Of a stretch of DNA of 43,870 bases, positions 24,600-32,904 are shown one piece after another. Position 1 is the first letter of the stretch, and each line of letters starts with the position of its first letter. The notes under the pieces are model-generated. The model was not told the origin of the DNA. It made no database searches and saw only the letters and a list, made by a program, of their open reading frames with translations. Origin of the DNA: Actinomycetota bacterium (lineage in GTDB: Bacteria; Actinomycetota; Acidimicrobiia; Acidimicrobiales; Ilumatobacteraceae). The position numbers and the translations under genes are program-made. Location of the stretch: assembly GCA_046093625.1 (NCBI GenBank), contig JBJTFY010000160.1:1-43870 (forward strand), read 5' to 3'.

Positions 24600-24628
24600 G
24601 GTCACTTCGTGAGGACCACGAAGTGACC
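24600..24628. terminator. Perfect 12-bp hairpin between convergent genes, overlapping the methyltransferase 3' end
   Basis: GGTCACTTCGTG (24600-24611), loop AGGAC, then CACGAAGTGACC (24617-24628). Confidence 0.45.
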
Positions 24629-25327
24629 CCGGCTCATCGCCACCGCGCTGGCCCGACTGACGAATCGACGGGCCAATGTGGCGATGGCCCGCGGTCCGGG
24701 TCTGCGACCACGCGTGAGAAGAATCGGGTCGACGGGTCGTTCGTGCACCGCGTGGGCGGTGAAGCCGGCCCGACGACCCGACGCGACGATGAGTGACGGC
24801 GGCATGTCGCGCTCGGTGACCCCGAGGTTGTCGACGGCGTTCTTCGACATCTCGGCCGCCTCGTGGCCCGTACCCGGCTCGAGGGTGACGCAGATACCGC
24901 CGGGCTTCAACGCGCGATGGGCGCTTCGTAAAGCCGCCACTTCGTCCTCGGCGTGGTGCAGGCAGTCGTAGAAGACCACGACGTCGAATTCGTTCTCGAA
25001 GGGCAGGCTCTCGAAGTCCGACACCACGCTGGCCTCGAGTGCGACGTTGTAGCGGGCGGCGTTCTCCCCTTGCATCACGACCATCTCGGGAGCGATGTCG
25101 GTCGAGGTCACCGAGTATCCGGCCATGGCCAGCAGGCAACTGGTCCAGCCGCTTCCGGCGCCGAGGTCGAGGACGCGAGCGGGTGGTTGGGGGAGCAAGG
25201 TGATCAGGGCCCCGATCTCCTGCAGGTAGCGACCGCGCTCGACGTCGGACCACGGCTTGTCGAGCGCGTGCTGGCGTCCGATCGGGCCGAGACGCTCGAT
25301 GTAGGCGATCTCGTCTTCCTTGGCCAC
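24602..25327 (-). CDS. Class I SAM-dependent methyltransferase
   Basis: Motif I VLDLGAGSGWTS, followed by post-I TDIAPEMV, then VVFYDCLHH and LKPGG. Confidence 0.82.
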   Translation of the reverse strand: MAKEDEIAYIERLGPIGRQHALDKPWSDVERGRYLQEIGALITLLPQPPARVLDLGAGSGWTSCLLAMAGYSVTSTDIAPEMVVMQGENAARYNVALEASVVSDFESLPFENEFDVVVFYDCLHHAEDEVAALRSAHRALKPGGICVTLEPGTGHEAAEMSKNAVDNLGVTERDMPPSLIVASGRRAGFTAHAVHERPVDPILLTRGRRPGPRAIATLARRFVSRASAVAMSRGHFVVLTK

Positions 25328-25374
25328 GAATCGAGCCTATGGCATCGGTTCCCGCTGACCGATGTAGGGCGGCG

Positions 25375-27084
25375 TCAGATGACCCGGCCGGACGCCCCGA
25401 CGTGATCGACCACCGGGAGCCCGGCCGCGGCCCACGATTGCATGCCCCCGGTCATGTTCACCGCGTCGAAGCCGAGTCCGGTGAGCCATGCCGTGACCTT
25501 GCCTGATCGGTTGCCGGAGCGACAGATGACGATGATGCGGCGGGCCCGGTCGAGTGCGTCGACACGGGAAGGGAGTTCGGACATCGGGACGTGGACGGCC
25601 TGAGGGTCGTGCCCGCTGTCCCACTCGTCGATCTCACGGCAGTCGAGGCGCAACGACGTGGTGTCGTCGAAGGCGTGTCGCACGTCGATCGTCGGCAACG
25701 TCGACGGAATGTTGCTGTTCGCCCAGGCTGTGTAGCCACCGATGAGATCGGAGACGTCGACGAAACCTCGGGATCGCAACAGACTCGAAGCGATCGCCGA
25801 TCGGTATCCACCGGCGCAATTGACGACGGTCGGGGCTGTCGGATCGAGACCGTCGATGGCGTGCAACAACTCCGGGAGCGGAACGTGACGGGCGCCGGGC
25901 AGGTGGCCGAGGGCGAACTCCCCGTGGTTGCGCACGTCGAGCACGACCAACGACTTCACCGAACCCATGCGCTCGGCCAGGGAGCGGACGGACAGTCGGG
26001 ACAGGCGTTCGACGAGGTCGGGATTCTCGACGAACGCCGCGTAGGGATTGTCGAGCGCGCCCACGACGTTGTCGAAGCCGATGCGCGCCAGGCGCGTGCG
26101 CGCCTCGCTCTCCGAACCGGGCTCGGCGACGATGATGATGGGGGTTCCCGGTTGCATGACCTCACCGACGTACTCGGCGAAACGACCGGAAAGACCGACG
26201 TTGACTGATCCCCGCAGGTGGCCTCCGGCGAACACGTTGTCGTCGCGGCAATCGATCACGACCGCACCGCCCTTTTGGTGCTGCACCACTTGTTCGATGG
26301 TCAAGGGGTCGACCCGCACCTCGTCGGGAAGTAGGGCGTGCGACTCGCGATTGCGTGTCGCCGCGTACAGGAAGTACAGCGGTGCCGGAGTCTGTCCCTG
26401 GGTGACGACGTCGACGAAGTCCTCCACGACCATCGGGGCGAGGGCGTAGTTCGTGCGTTTCTGTTCTCCGATGGTCGAAACGGTCTCGGTCGACAGGTTC
26501 TTGCCGCACGCCGACCCGGCGCCATGGGCGGGGAAGACCTTGGTCTGATCCGGCAACACGAGCAACTTCGTGTGCAACGACTCGTAGAGACTCCGCCCCA
26601 GTTCCGTGGCGTCGTGGCCGACGGCGGCCAGAAGGTCGGGTCGTCCGACGTCGCCGATGAAGAGCGTGTCTCCGGTGAGCACGCCGTACGGCGGGTCGTC
26701 GGGGCCGTTTTCGCGGACGACGACGCAGATCGACTCCGGTGTGTGACCGGGCGTCTCGAGGATCTCGAGATCGACCGCGCCGAGACTGATGCGTTCGCGG
26801 TCGCTCACCACGCGGATCGGGAATCCGACGCGCCCCGCGGCCGCCGACCCGTAGACGATCTCGGCGCCGGTGTGGTCGGCCAACTCGAGGTGGCCCGACA
26901 AGAAGTCCGCGTGGAAGTGGGTTTCGATGACCGCGGTGATGCTGAGTCCGTGGGTCGTCGCGTCGGCGAGGTACTGGGCGATGTCGCGTTGGGGATCGAC
27001 GACGACGGCGCGTCCGGACGTGGTGTCGCCGATGAGGTAGCTGGCGTGGGAAAGGCACCCGAGGTAGTACTGCTTGAAGAACAT
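25375..27084 (-). CDS. MBL-fold persulfide dioxygenase fused to three rhodanese domains (CstB-like)
   Basis: MFFKQYYLGCLSHASYLIGD and THFHADFLSGH (metallo-beta-lactamase). Rhodanese repeats with catalytic loops NCAGGYRS and ICRSGNRS. The ATG at 27084 is chosen over the ORF maximum 27204. Confidence 0.82.
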   Translation of the reverse strand: MFFKQYYLGCLSHASYLIGDTTSGRAVVVDPQRDIAQYLADATTHGLSITAVIETHFHADFLSGHLELADHTGAEIVYGSAAAGRVGFPIRVVSDRERISLGAVDLEILETPGHTPESICVVVRENGPDDPPYGVLTGDTLFIGDVGRPDLLAAVGHDATELGRSLYESLHTKLLVLPDQTKVFPAHGAGSACGKNLSTETVSTIGEQKRTNYALAPMVVEDFVDVVTQGQTPAPLYFLYAATRNRESHALLPDEVRVDPLTIEQVVQHQKGGAVVIDCRDDNVFAGGHLRGSVNVGLSGRFAEYVGEVMQPGTPIIIVAEPGSESEARTRLARIGFDNVVGALDNPYAAFVENPDLVERLSRLSVRSLAERMGSVKSLVVLDVRNHGEFALGHLPGARHVPLPELLHAIDGLDPTAPTVVNCAGGYRSAIASSLLRSRGFVDVSDLIGGYTAWANSNIPSTLPTIDVRHAFDDTTSLRLDCREIDEWDSGHDPQAVHVPMSELPSRVDALDRARRIIVICRSGNRSGKVTAWLTGLGFDAVNMTGGMQSWAAAGLPVVDHVGASGRVI

Positions 27085-27110
27085 CCGAGCCTTCTTTTGG
27101 TCTCCACCAT

Positions 27111-27128
27111 GATACCCTATGGGGTATC
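27111..27128. promoter_or_regulatory. CsoR/CstR-family operator palindrome in the divergent intergenic region
   Basis: GATACCC TATG GGGTATC is a perfect inverted repeat. It lies 27 nt from the cstB-like ATG and 24 nt from the regulator ATG. Confidence 0.7.
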
Positions 27129-27151
27129 CGAAAGTCGACCGAAAGGGCCCC

Positions 27152-27421
27152 ATGGAGATTTCCGAGGACGTCAAAGACGACCTGACGCGTCGACTCCGAC
27201 GCATCGAGGGTCAGGTTCGCGGCATCCAGAACATGATCGCTGAGGATCGCGAGTGTCGGGACATCGTCACCCAGATCGCCGCGGCGACCAAGGCCCTCGA
27301 GCAGGTCGGTTTTCGCATGTTGGCCGCCGGCCTCACGTCGTGTCTGGCCGATCCCGACAAAGCGGCCGCCGAGGGCTACCCGATCGACGTCGTCGAGAAG
27401 ATGTTCATGAAGCTCGCCTGA
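27152..27421 (+). CDS. cstR: CsoR/DUF156-family repressor, two-Cys (CstR-like persulfide sensor)
   Basis: LTRRLRRIEGQVRGIQNMI, RECRDIVTQI and GLTSCL. The residue four positions before the second Cys is Gly rather than the CsoR copper-ligand His. The ATG at 27152 is chosen because ATG 27119 sits inside the operator. Confidence 0.7.
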   Translation: MEISEDVKDDLTRRLRRIEGQVRGIQNMIAEDRECRDIVTQIAAATKALEQVGFRMLAAGLTSCLADPDKAAAEGYPIDVVEKMFMKLA

Positions 27422-27423
27422 AG

Positions 27424-29469
27424 TCAGGCGGCGGGCCGCAGGTGCCGTCGTCCGGCCACGACAGCGGCGCTGTACAAGAGAAACGCCACGACGAGCAGAT
27501 TGCGGTAACCGATGATGAGCGAGGAGTATTCCAACACTCCACCGACCATCGCGCCGATGAGATTCGCCGCGAAGGCATTGGTGGAGTCGGTGGTCTCACG
27601 GAACCGTTGAGCGAAGATGATGTTCGCGAGGAAGATCGGAGCAAAGGCCAACGCGCAAGCGACGATCAATCGCACCGGTGTCGAAAGAGGCAACAGCGCA
27701 CTCTGGGGCACGATCCACCCGATGACGATGGCGAGTCCCAACAGGGCGTAGGGAATCGCGAGTCGACGAACGACCACCTTCTTGGAAATCACAACCGCAA
27801 GAAGCACGGACAGCATCACTCCCGCGAAAACCAGTGAGTTCACCAGCCAGGTCGTGCCGAAGAGCAGGGCGAACTGCACGACGTTCTTGGTCTCGAGGAG
27901 CAGGAACGCGACTCCCATGAAGAACAGGTCGAGATGGTTGCGAAGTCCACGCAGGGGGCCGCCCACCGCACGGACCAGAAGGAGTGACGCCGCGAGGATC
28001 AATCCCAGGGCAACGAGATAGAAACTCGGGATGGAGGGCTCGCGCAGATACGGGAACGGTCGGTCGTCGTGAACCGGATCGGGGGTCGCGGCGGTGCGCG
28101 TCCAAGTGTCGCTCTCGGGACACGTGATGTTGTCGGGCTCGACACCGATGGTCAACACCGCGAATGCGGTGTCGTCCAGTTTGGTGACGCACGGAGCGTG
28201 ACCGAAAGCGGCCTCCAACGTGGCGGCATACCGATCGACCAGCCAAGGTTCGCGATACAGGTTGTACATGGAGAAGACACCCGCGTCCGACAGGTGTTCG
28301 CGGTAGGCCTCCGCGGCTTCTCGAGTGAACAGGTAACTCTCGAGACGGATCGACGAGGCCCCTTGAACGAGCGTGAGAGAGTCGGGTAGAGCCAGGATCA
28401 TGAGGTCCCAGTCCTTCGACGACCGTTCGAGAAACGCACGACCATCGTCAATGTGGACGTCGACACGTGGATCGTCGTACGGCTTGTTCGGGTGTCCGTC
28501 GCGGGCGAGTTCGTAGAGTCGACGGTCGATCTCCACCGCGTCGATGTGCTTGGCTCCTTCGTGTAATCCGACCGAGACGTCGTTGCCGCTCCCCGCCCCG
28601 ATCACCAACAGATCGTTCACCGGAGACTCGTCCGCGCGGCGTTCGTACACGGTCTGATAGACGGGCAGGTCGTATCGAGCTGTTTGAAACCAATGGGGAA
28701 TGCCGTTCACCAGAGCGCCCACACCCTCGTCCTCGACTCCGAGTCCGGCGATGTCGATGCTGTTGGCCTTGTAGTACGGAGTCCAGATCACTCCATCCTC
28801 GCGCGACTCGATTCCGAGCGTGACGACGAGTACGAGCAACGGAATGATCGTGAGTGCCAGATCCTTGGCTGATCGGGGTCTGATGGTCCAGAGCAAGATC
28901 GCCGCGGAAATGAGCCCCCAGACGATCGGTGTCGCACCGAGGAACGAGAGAAGGGTGAACGTGGCGATACCGATGAGGCTTCCCACCAAATCGAACTGGT
29001 AAGCCTCGAGATTTCGCATCTTCCCGAAGGTCTCGGCGATTCCGTTGCCGATGCAGGCCAGAAGAGCGGCCACCGCGAGAAAGATCACCGGAAGGACGAT
29101 CTCTCGGGGCGGACCGTCCGGCTTCAATTCGCCGCCGAAGAAGATGAGATCTCCACCGGTCGCGACGACGTTCACCGGGACGTTGTGAACCACCAACACC
29201 AAGAGACCGAACACGAGCGGGGTGTAGCGGAGGAGGGAGTGCTCGCTTCGGTGCGACCACAGGAAGCCGAGGCCGATTCCGAGGAAGCTTCCGAGCAGAA
29301 CGATGTTGGAGAAATACGAGAGATAGAGGATGTTGCCGCCCAGCCAGCGAATCAGGGCCAACTCCACGAACAGCATGAGAAAGCACAGAGCAACGAGGCG
29401 TATGCGCAGTCGGGAAACGGTGTCGACCATTGGCAAAATGTAGTCACTCGCGGCTGTCGACTCGGGCAT
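27424..29469 (-). CDS. Fused polytopic membrane / spermidine synthase-like (aminopropyltransferase fold) protein
   Basis: ~7 N-terminal TM, then a central LLVIGAGSGNDVS...AVEID...DDGRAFL...DLMILALPDS, then ~6 C-terminal TM. 681 aa. Confidence 0.75.
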   Translation of the reverse strand: MPESTAASDYILPMVDTVSRLRIRLVALCFLMLFVELALIRWLGGNILYLSYFSNIVLLGSFLGIGLGFLWSHRSEHSLLRYTPLVFGLLVLVVHNVPVNVVATGGDLIFFGGELKPDGPPREIVLPVIFLAVAALLACIGNGIAETFGKMRNLEAYQFDLVGSLIGIATFTLLSFLGATPIVWGLISAAILLWTIRPRSAKDLALTIIPLLVLVVTLGIESREDGVIWTPYYKANSIDIAGLGVEDEGVGALVNGIPHWFQTARYDLPVYQTVYERRADESPVNDLLVIGAGSGNDVSVGLHEGAKHIDAVEIDRRLYELARDGHPNKPYDDPRVDVHIDDGRAFLERSSKDWDLMILALPDSLTLVQGASSIRLESYLFTREAAEAYREHLSDAGVFSMYNLYREPWLVDRYAATLEAAFGHAPCVTKLDDTAFAVLTIGVEPDNITCPESDTWTRTAATPDPVHDDRPFPYLREPSIPSFYLVALGLILAASLLLVRAVGGPLRGLRNHLDLFFMGVAFLLLETKNVVQFALLFGTTWLVNSLVFAGVMLSVLLAVVISKKVVVRRLAIPYALLGLAIVIGWIVPQSALLPLSTPVRLIVACALAFAPIFLANIIFAQRFRETTDSTNAFAANLIGAMVGGVLEYSSLIIGYRNLLVVAFLLYSAAVVAGRRHLRPAA

Positions 29470-29513
29470 CGAGTACTCATCGAAAGGGCGATCCAGGGAT
29501 GTAGATTCGCTCC

Positions 29514-29750
29514 ATGTCTTTCATCATGTACACCACACAGTGGTGCGGCTACTGCAAGCGGCTGAAGCGCGATCTCAATGACGCCGGTGTGTTCTTCGAC
29601 GAGGTCGACATCGAAGTGGTCCCCGACGCGGCCGAGACGGTGGCCAAGGTGAACGGCGGGAACCACACGGTCCCCACATTGCTCTTCTCGGACGGCACCG
29701 CGATGACCAATCCGTCGGTCGCCAAGGTCCTCGAGAAGATCAACGGCTGA
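29514..29750 (+). CDS. Mycoredoxin (glutaredoxin-like, CGYC active site)
   Basis: IMYTTQWCGYCKRLKRDL...VNGGNHTVPTLLFSDGTAMTNPS closely resembles mycobacterial Mrx1. Confidence 0.85.
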   Translation: MSFIMYTTQWCGYCKRLKRDLNDAGVFFDEVDIEVVPDAAETVAKVNGGNHTVPTLLFSDGTAMTNPSVAKVLEKING

Positions 29751-29751
29751 T

Positions 29752-31305
29752 TCAGCAGTCGGTCTCCTCGGCGGGGACCTCGAGGTCGACGAGATAGGTG
29801 TCGACCAACTTTTGAGCGCAGGCGTCCGACATGTAACCGGTGTGCTGCTCGGCCGTGACGACCACCAGGCGACCGTCCTCGAGCACCCGGGCCATGTTGC
29901 GGGTCCCTTCCAGAGGCGTCGCCGAGTCACCGGTCGTGCCGACCACGACGATGGGGCCGGCCCCACGTCCCGTGATGTCGACGCGGGGATCGAGTGCCGG
30001 GGGCCAGAAAACGCAGGTGTAGTCGCCCACGGTGCCGGGGCTGAAGCGCGGCGCCGCCTCGTTGACCCGCGCGGCGTTGGCATCGGCTTGCTCGATCGTC
30101 ATCCGCTCCGGGTCGTCGGCGCACAGGATGTTGATGAAGGCCTCCAACTCGTTGCCGTACGAACCGTCGGGCCGTCGACGGAAGTAGTTGTCGAAGAGGT
30201 CGAGCAGCCCCGCCCCGTCTTGGTCCTGGGCGTCACTCAGGGCCTGGGCCAGGGTGTCCCAGTACGACGATGAGTACATCGCCTGCGCTACCGCAGTGAG
30301 AGCCATGCCACGGGTCAGATTCGGGCGACCGGAGACGGTCCGGATCGGATTCTCGTCGAGGTCGAGCATCAGACGATCGAAGGCCCCCTCCGCGTCGCCG
30401 TCGTTGTGGAACGCGCACGAGCGGTCGTCGGAGCACTGCGCGAGGAAGGTGTCGATCGAGGTCTCGAAGCCGATGTTCTGCTGCAGGGCGCCCTCGATCC
30501 CCGAGGCTTCGGGGTCGGTGGCGCCGTCTAGTACGGCCGCACGCACGGTGTGCGGGAACATCGTCGCCCAAACCGCCCCCAACTCGCTGCCGTAGGAGAA
30601 GCCGAAGTAGCTGATCTTGTCCTCGCCCAGCGACCGACGGATCATGTCCATGTCGCGGGCCACGTTGTTCGTTCCCACGTGCGGCAACAGATCCCCGTTG
30701 CGTTCGAAGCACGCGTCGGTGAAATCTCGCGCGCTGTCGACTGCTTCCTGCCGTTCGGCTTCGTCGTCGGGCGTGATGTCCCCTCCGGCGAAGAACGCGT
30801 CGTAGTCGTCGATGCAGTCGATCGCGGGTGACGATTGTCCGGTTCCGCGGGGGTCGAACCCGATGATGTCGAACGCCGCCAACACTTTTGACCCGTAGAT
30901 GTTGTCGGCCCGTTCGGCGAGAACGGCCCCTCCGAAACCCGGGCCACCGGGGTTGACGAGCAACGAACCGATGCGCTTGTCGGGGTCGGTGGCCGGATGT
31001 TTGGCGACGAAGATCGAGATGCGTTCGGAGTCGACGTCGCCGTAGTCGAGGGGAACCTCGACGTACGCGCATTCGAGGCCGTCACCGCACGTCGACCAAT
31101 CGGGGGCCGTCACCGGGAAAGCCTCGGTGGAGAATGCACCGGGCTCGACGTTCGGTGCCGTCGTGTCGGTGGTGTCCGGGTCGGTGGTGCCCGCGTCGGT
31201 GGTCGCAGGGGCGAGGGTGTCGTCACCGACACGCGTGACCGAGTCGTCACTCGCGCAAGCGGCCAAGAGGGACAGGGTGACGCACGAGATCAGGAGGCGA
31301 CGCAT
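29752..31305 (-). CDS. Secreted alpha/beta hydrolase lipoprotein, tripeptidyl-aminopeptidase (TAP, S33) family
   Basis: Lipobox LSLLAAC, LLVNPGGPGFGG and the nucleophile elbow GFSYGSELG. The C-terminal TAP-like region ends in ...EETDC. Confidence 0.8.
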   Translation of the reverse strand: MRRLLISCVTLSLLAACASDDSVTRVGDDTLAPATTDAGTTDPDTTDTTAPNVEPGAFSTEAFPVTAPDWSTCGDGLECAYVEVPLDYGDVDSERISIFVAKHPATDPDKRIGSLLVNPGGPGFGGAVLAERADNIYGSKVLAAFDIIGFDPRGTGQSSPAIDCIDDYDAFFAGGDITPDDEAERQEAVDSARDFTDACFERNGDLLPHVGTNNVARDMDMIRRSLGEDKISYFGFSYGSELGAVWATMFPHTVRAAVLDGATDPEASGIEGALQQNIGFETSIDTFLAQCSDDRSCAFHNDGDAEGAFDRLMLDLDENPIRTVSGRPNLTRGMALTAVAQAMYSSSYWDTLAQALSDAQDQDGAGLLDLFDNYFRRRPDGSYGNELEAFINILCADDPERMTIEQADANAARVNEAAPRFSPGTVGDYTCVFWPPALDPRVDITGRGAGPIVVVGTTGDSATPLEGTRNMARVLEDGRLVVVTAEQHTGYMSDACAQKLVDTYLVDLEVPAEETDC

Positions 31306-31350
31306 TGAGCGAGCGTAGGTCAGTCCAGGTGGTCGTGCCCGACGGCCGGG

Positions 31351-32889
31351 TCAGCAGTCGAGTCGATCCGGTCCGTCGACCAGTTCGATGAGGTATTCGT
31401 CGACGGCCTCGGTCACGCAGTCATCCGCACCGTAGGTGGTGTGTTGTTCGAGGGTCGAGACGATCACCCGGGCGTTTCCGAGTTGGCGCACCATGTTCAG
31501 GGTGCCCGACAAGGGTGTCGCGGCGTCACCGGTGCTGCCCACGACGACGATGCGCGTGTCGGTGTCGGCACCGATTCCGATCGTTCCGACGGGATCACGG
31601 GGCCAACTGGCACAGACCAACATCTCCTGGACCCAACCCGCACCGATGAGTGGAGCCACCTCGTCCAGACGATCCGCGAGTCCGAGGATCTGCTCGGGGG
31701 TGACCGCTTCGTCGCGGTCCGCGCACGTGACGGCGAAGTAGGTGTCGACGAGGTCGTCGGGATGTCCGTTGGACCAGCCGCCGAAGTAGTCGTCGAAGAG
31801 TGCGAGGAGACCGGCGCCGTCTCCCTGCTCGGCCGCCGCGAGGGCGTCGGACAGGTCGGACCACATCCAATCGGCGTAAAGGGCGTCGCTCGAACCGATG
31901 CCGAGTACCCCCTGGTTGGTGGCCGGTCGGTCGCCGTTGGGGAGGGGCCGGGCATCCAACGAGGCGGCCAGATCGGCGAAGGCGTCGTGGGGGTCCGTGC
32001 CCTCGGGCACCCACGAACAGCCGTTGGTGTCGCACCAGTCGAGGTAGGTGTTCAGCGACTGCTCGAAACCCCCGGCCTGCAAAACGAGACCGTCGACGTA
32101 CCCGAGCGTGGGGTCGACTGCGGCGTCGAACACCGCGGCCCGGACCGTCTCCGGGAAGAGGGTGGCCCAGGTGGCCCCGAGTTGGGTGCCGTAGGAGAAG
32201 CCGAGATAGCTGATCTTGTTCTCGTCGAGGGCCCGCCGCAGGACGTCCATGTCGCTCGCCGCGTCGACGGTGGAGACGTGGTCGAGGATCTCGGCACTGC
32301 GTTCGACGCAACCGTCGGCGAAGTCGCGGGCCCCGTCGATCAATGCCTTCGTCTCCGTGTCGTCGTCCGGTGACGGATCGAGCGCGAAGTAGTCGTCGAA
32401 GGTGTCGACGCAGTCGACGGACGGCTCGGACCCGCCGACGCCGCGCGGATCCCAGGCGACGATGTCGAAAACCCGGAGAAGGTCTGCGCTGAACACCGAG
32501 TCGGCGTATTCGGCGTACTGCAGAGCCGAGCCACCCGGACCGCCGGGGTTGACGAGCAACGAACCGATACGCCGCTCCGGATCATCGGCGAAACGTCGTT
32601 TCACCGGCAGCACGAAGACCCCTGCGTCGGGCCGCGCGTAATCGTAGGGAACCTCGAAGGATCCGCACTCGAGACCGGTTCCGCAACTCGTCCATTCGAT
32701 GGTGTCGGACCAATCGCGCACCGCGTCGACCCGGTTTCGGATGGTCGCTTCCGAAGTGACGGTCGTCGATCCCCCGGTGCCATCGCTAGAACCCGCCGCC
32801 GCCGAAGTGGCCAACACGATCATCGCGAGGATCGTCGGGACGATCGGCACCGCGCCGTTTCGCGAGCGGATCGGACGCGACGATGTCAT
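31351..32889 (-). CDS. Secreted alpha/beta hydrolase, TAP (S33) family paralog
   Basis: Signal peptide without a lipobox Cys, LLVNPGGPGGSA and GFSYGTQLG; ends ...DRLDC. The ATG at 32889 is chosen; the 677-aa ORF in the track is an artefactual extension. Confidence 0.8.
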   Translation of the reverse strand: MTSSRPIRSRNGAVPIVPTILAMIVLATSAAAGSSDGTGGSTTVTSEATIRNRVDAVRDWSDTIEWTSCGTGLECGSFEVPYDYARPDAGVFVLPVKRRFADDPERRIGSLLVNPGGPGGSALQYAEYADSVFSADLLRVFDIVAWDPRGVGGSEPSVDCVDTFDDYFALDPSPDDDTETKALIDGARDFADGCVERSAEILDHVSTVDAASDMDVLRRALDENKISYLGFSYGTQLGATWATLFPETVRAAVFDAAVDPTLGYVDGLVLQAGGFEQSLNTYLDWCDTNGCSWVPEGTDPHDAFADLAASLDARPLPNGDRPATNQGVLGIGSSDALYADWMWSDLSDALAAAEQGDGAGLLALFDDYFGGWSNGHPDDLVDTYFAVTCADRDEAVTPEQILGLADRLDEVAPLIGAGWVQEMLVCASWPRDPVGTIGIGADTDTRIVVVGSTGDAATPLSGTLNMVRQLGNARVIVSTLEQHTTYGADDCVTEAVDEYLIELVDGPDRLDC

Positions 32890-32904
32890 GCGACCCGACT
32901 CTAG

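Noticed and set aside
27119-27151. Upstream ATG (27119) as the start of the CsoR-family regulator, and annotation as a copper sensor
   Set aside because: The ATG at 27119 lies inside the operator palindrome, and the conserved domain starts after the ATG at 27152. The copper-ligand His position is Gly and the partner gene is sulfur-related, so CstR-like is preferred over CsoR.
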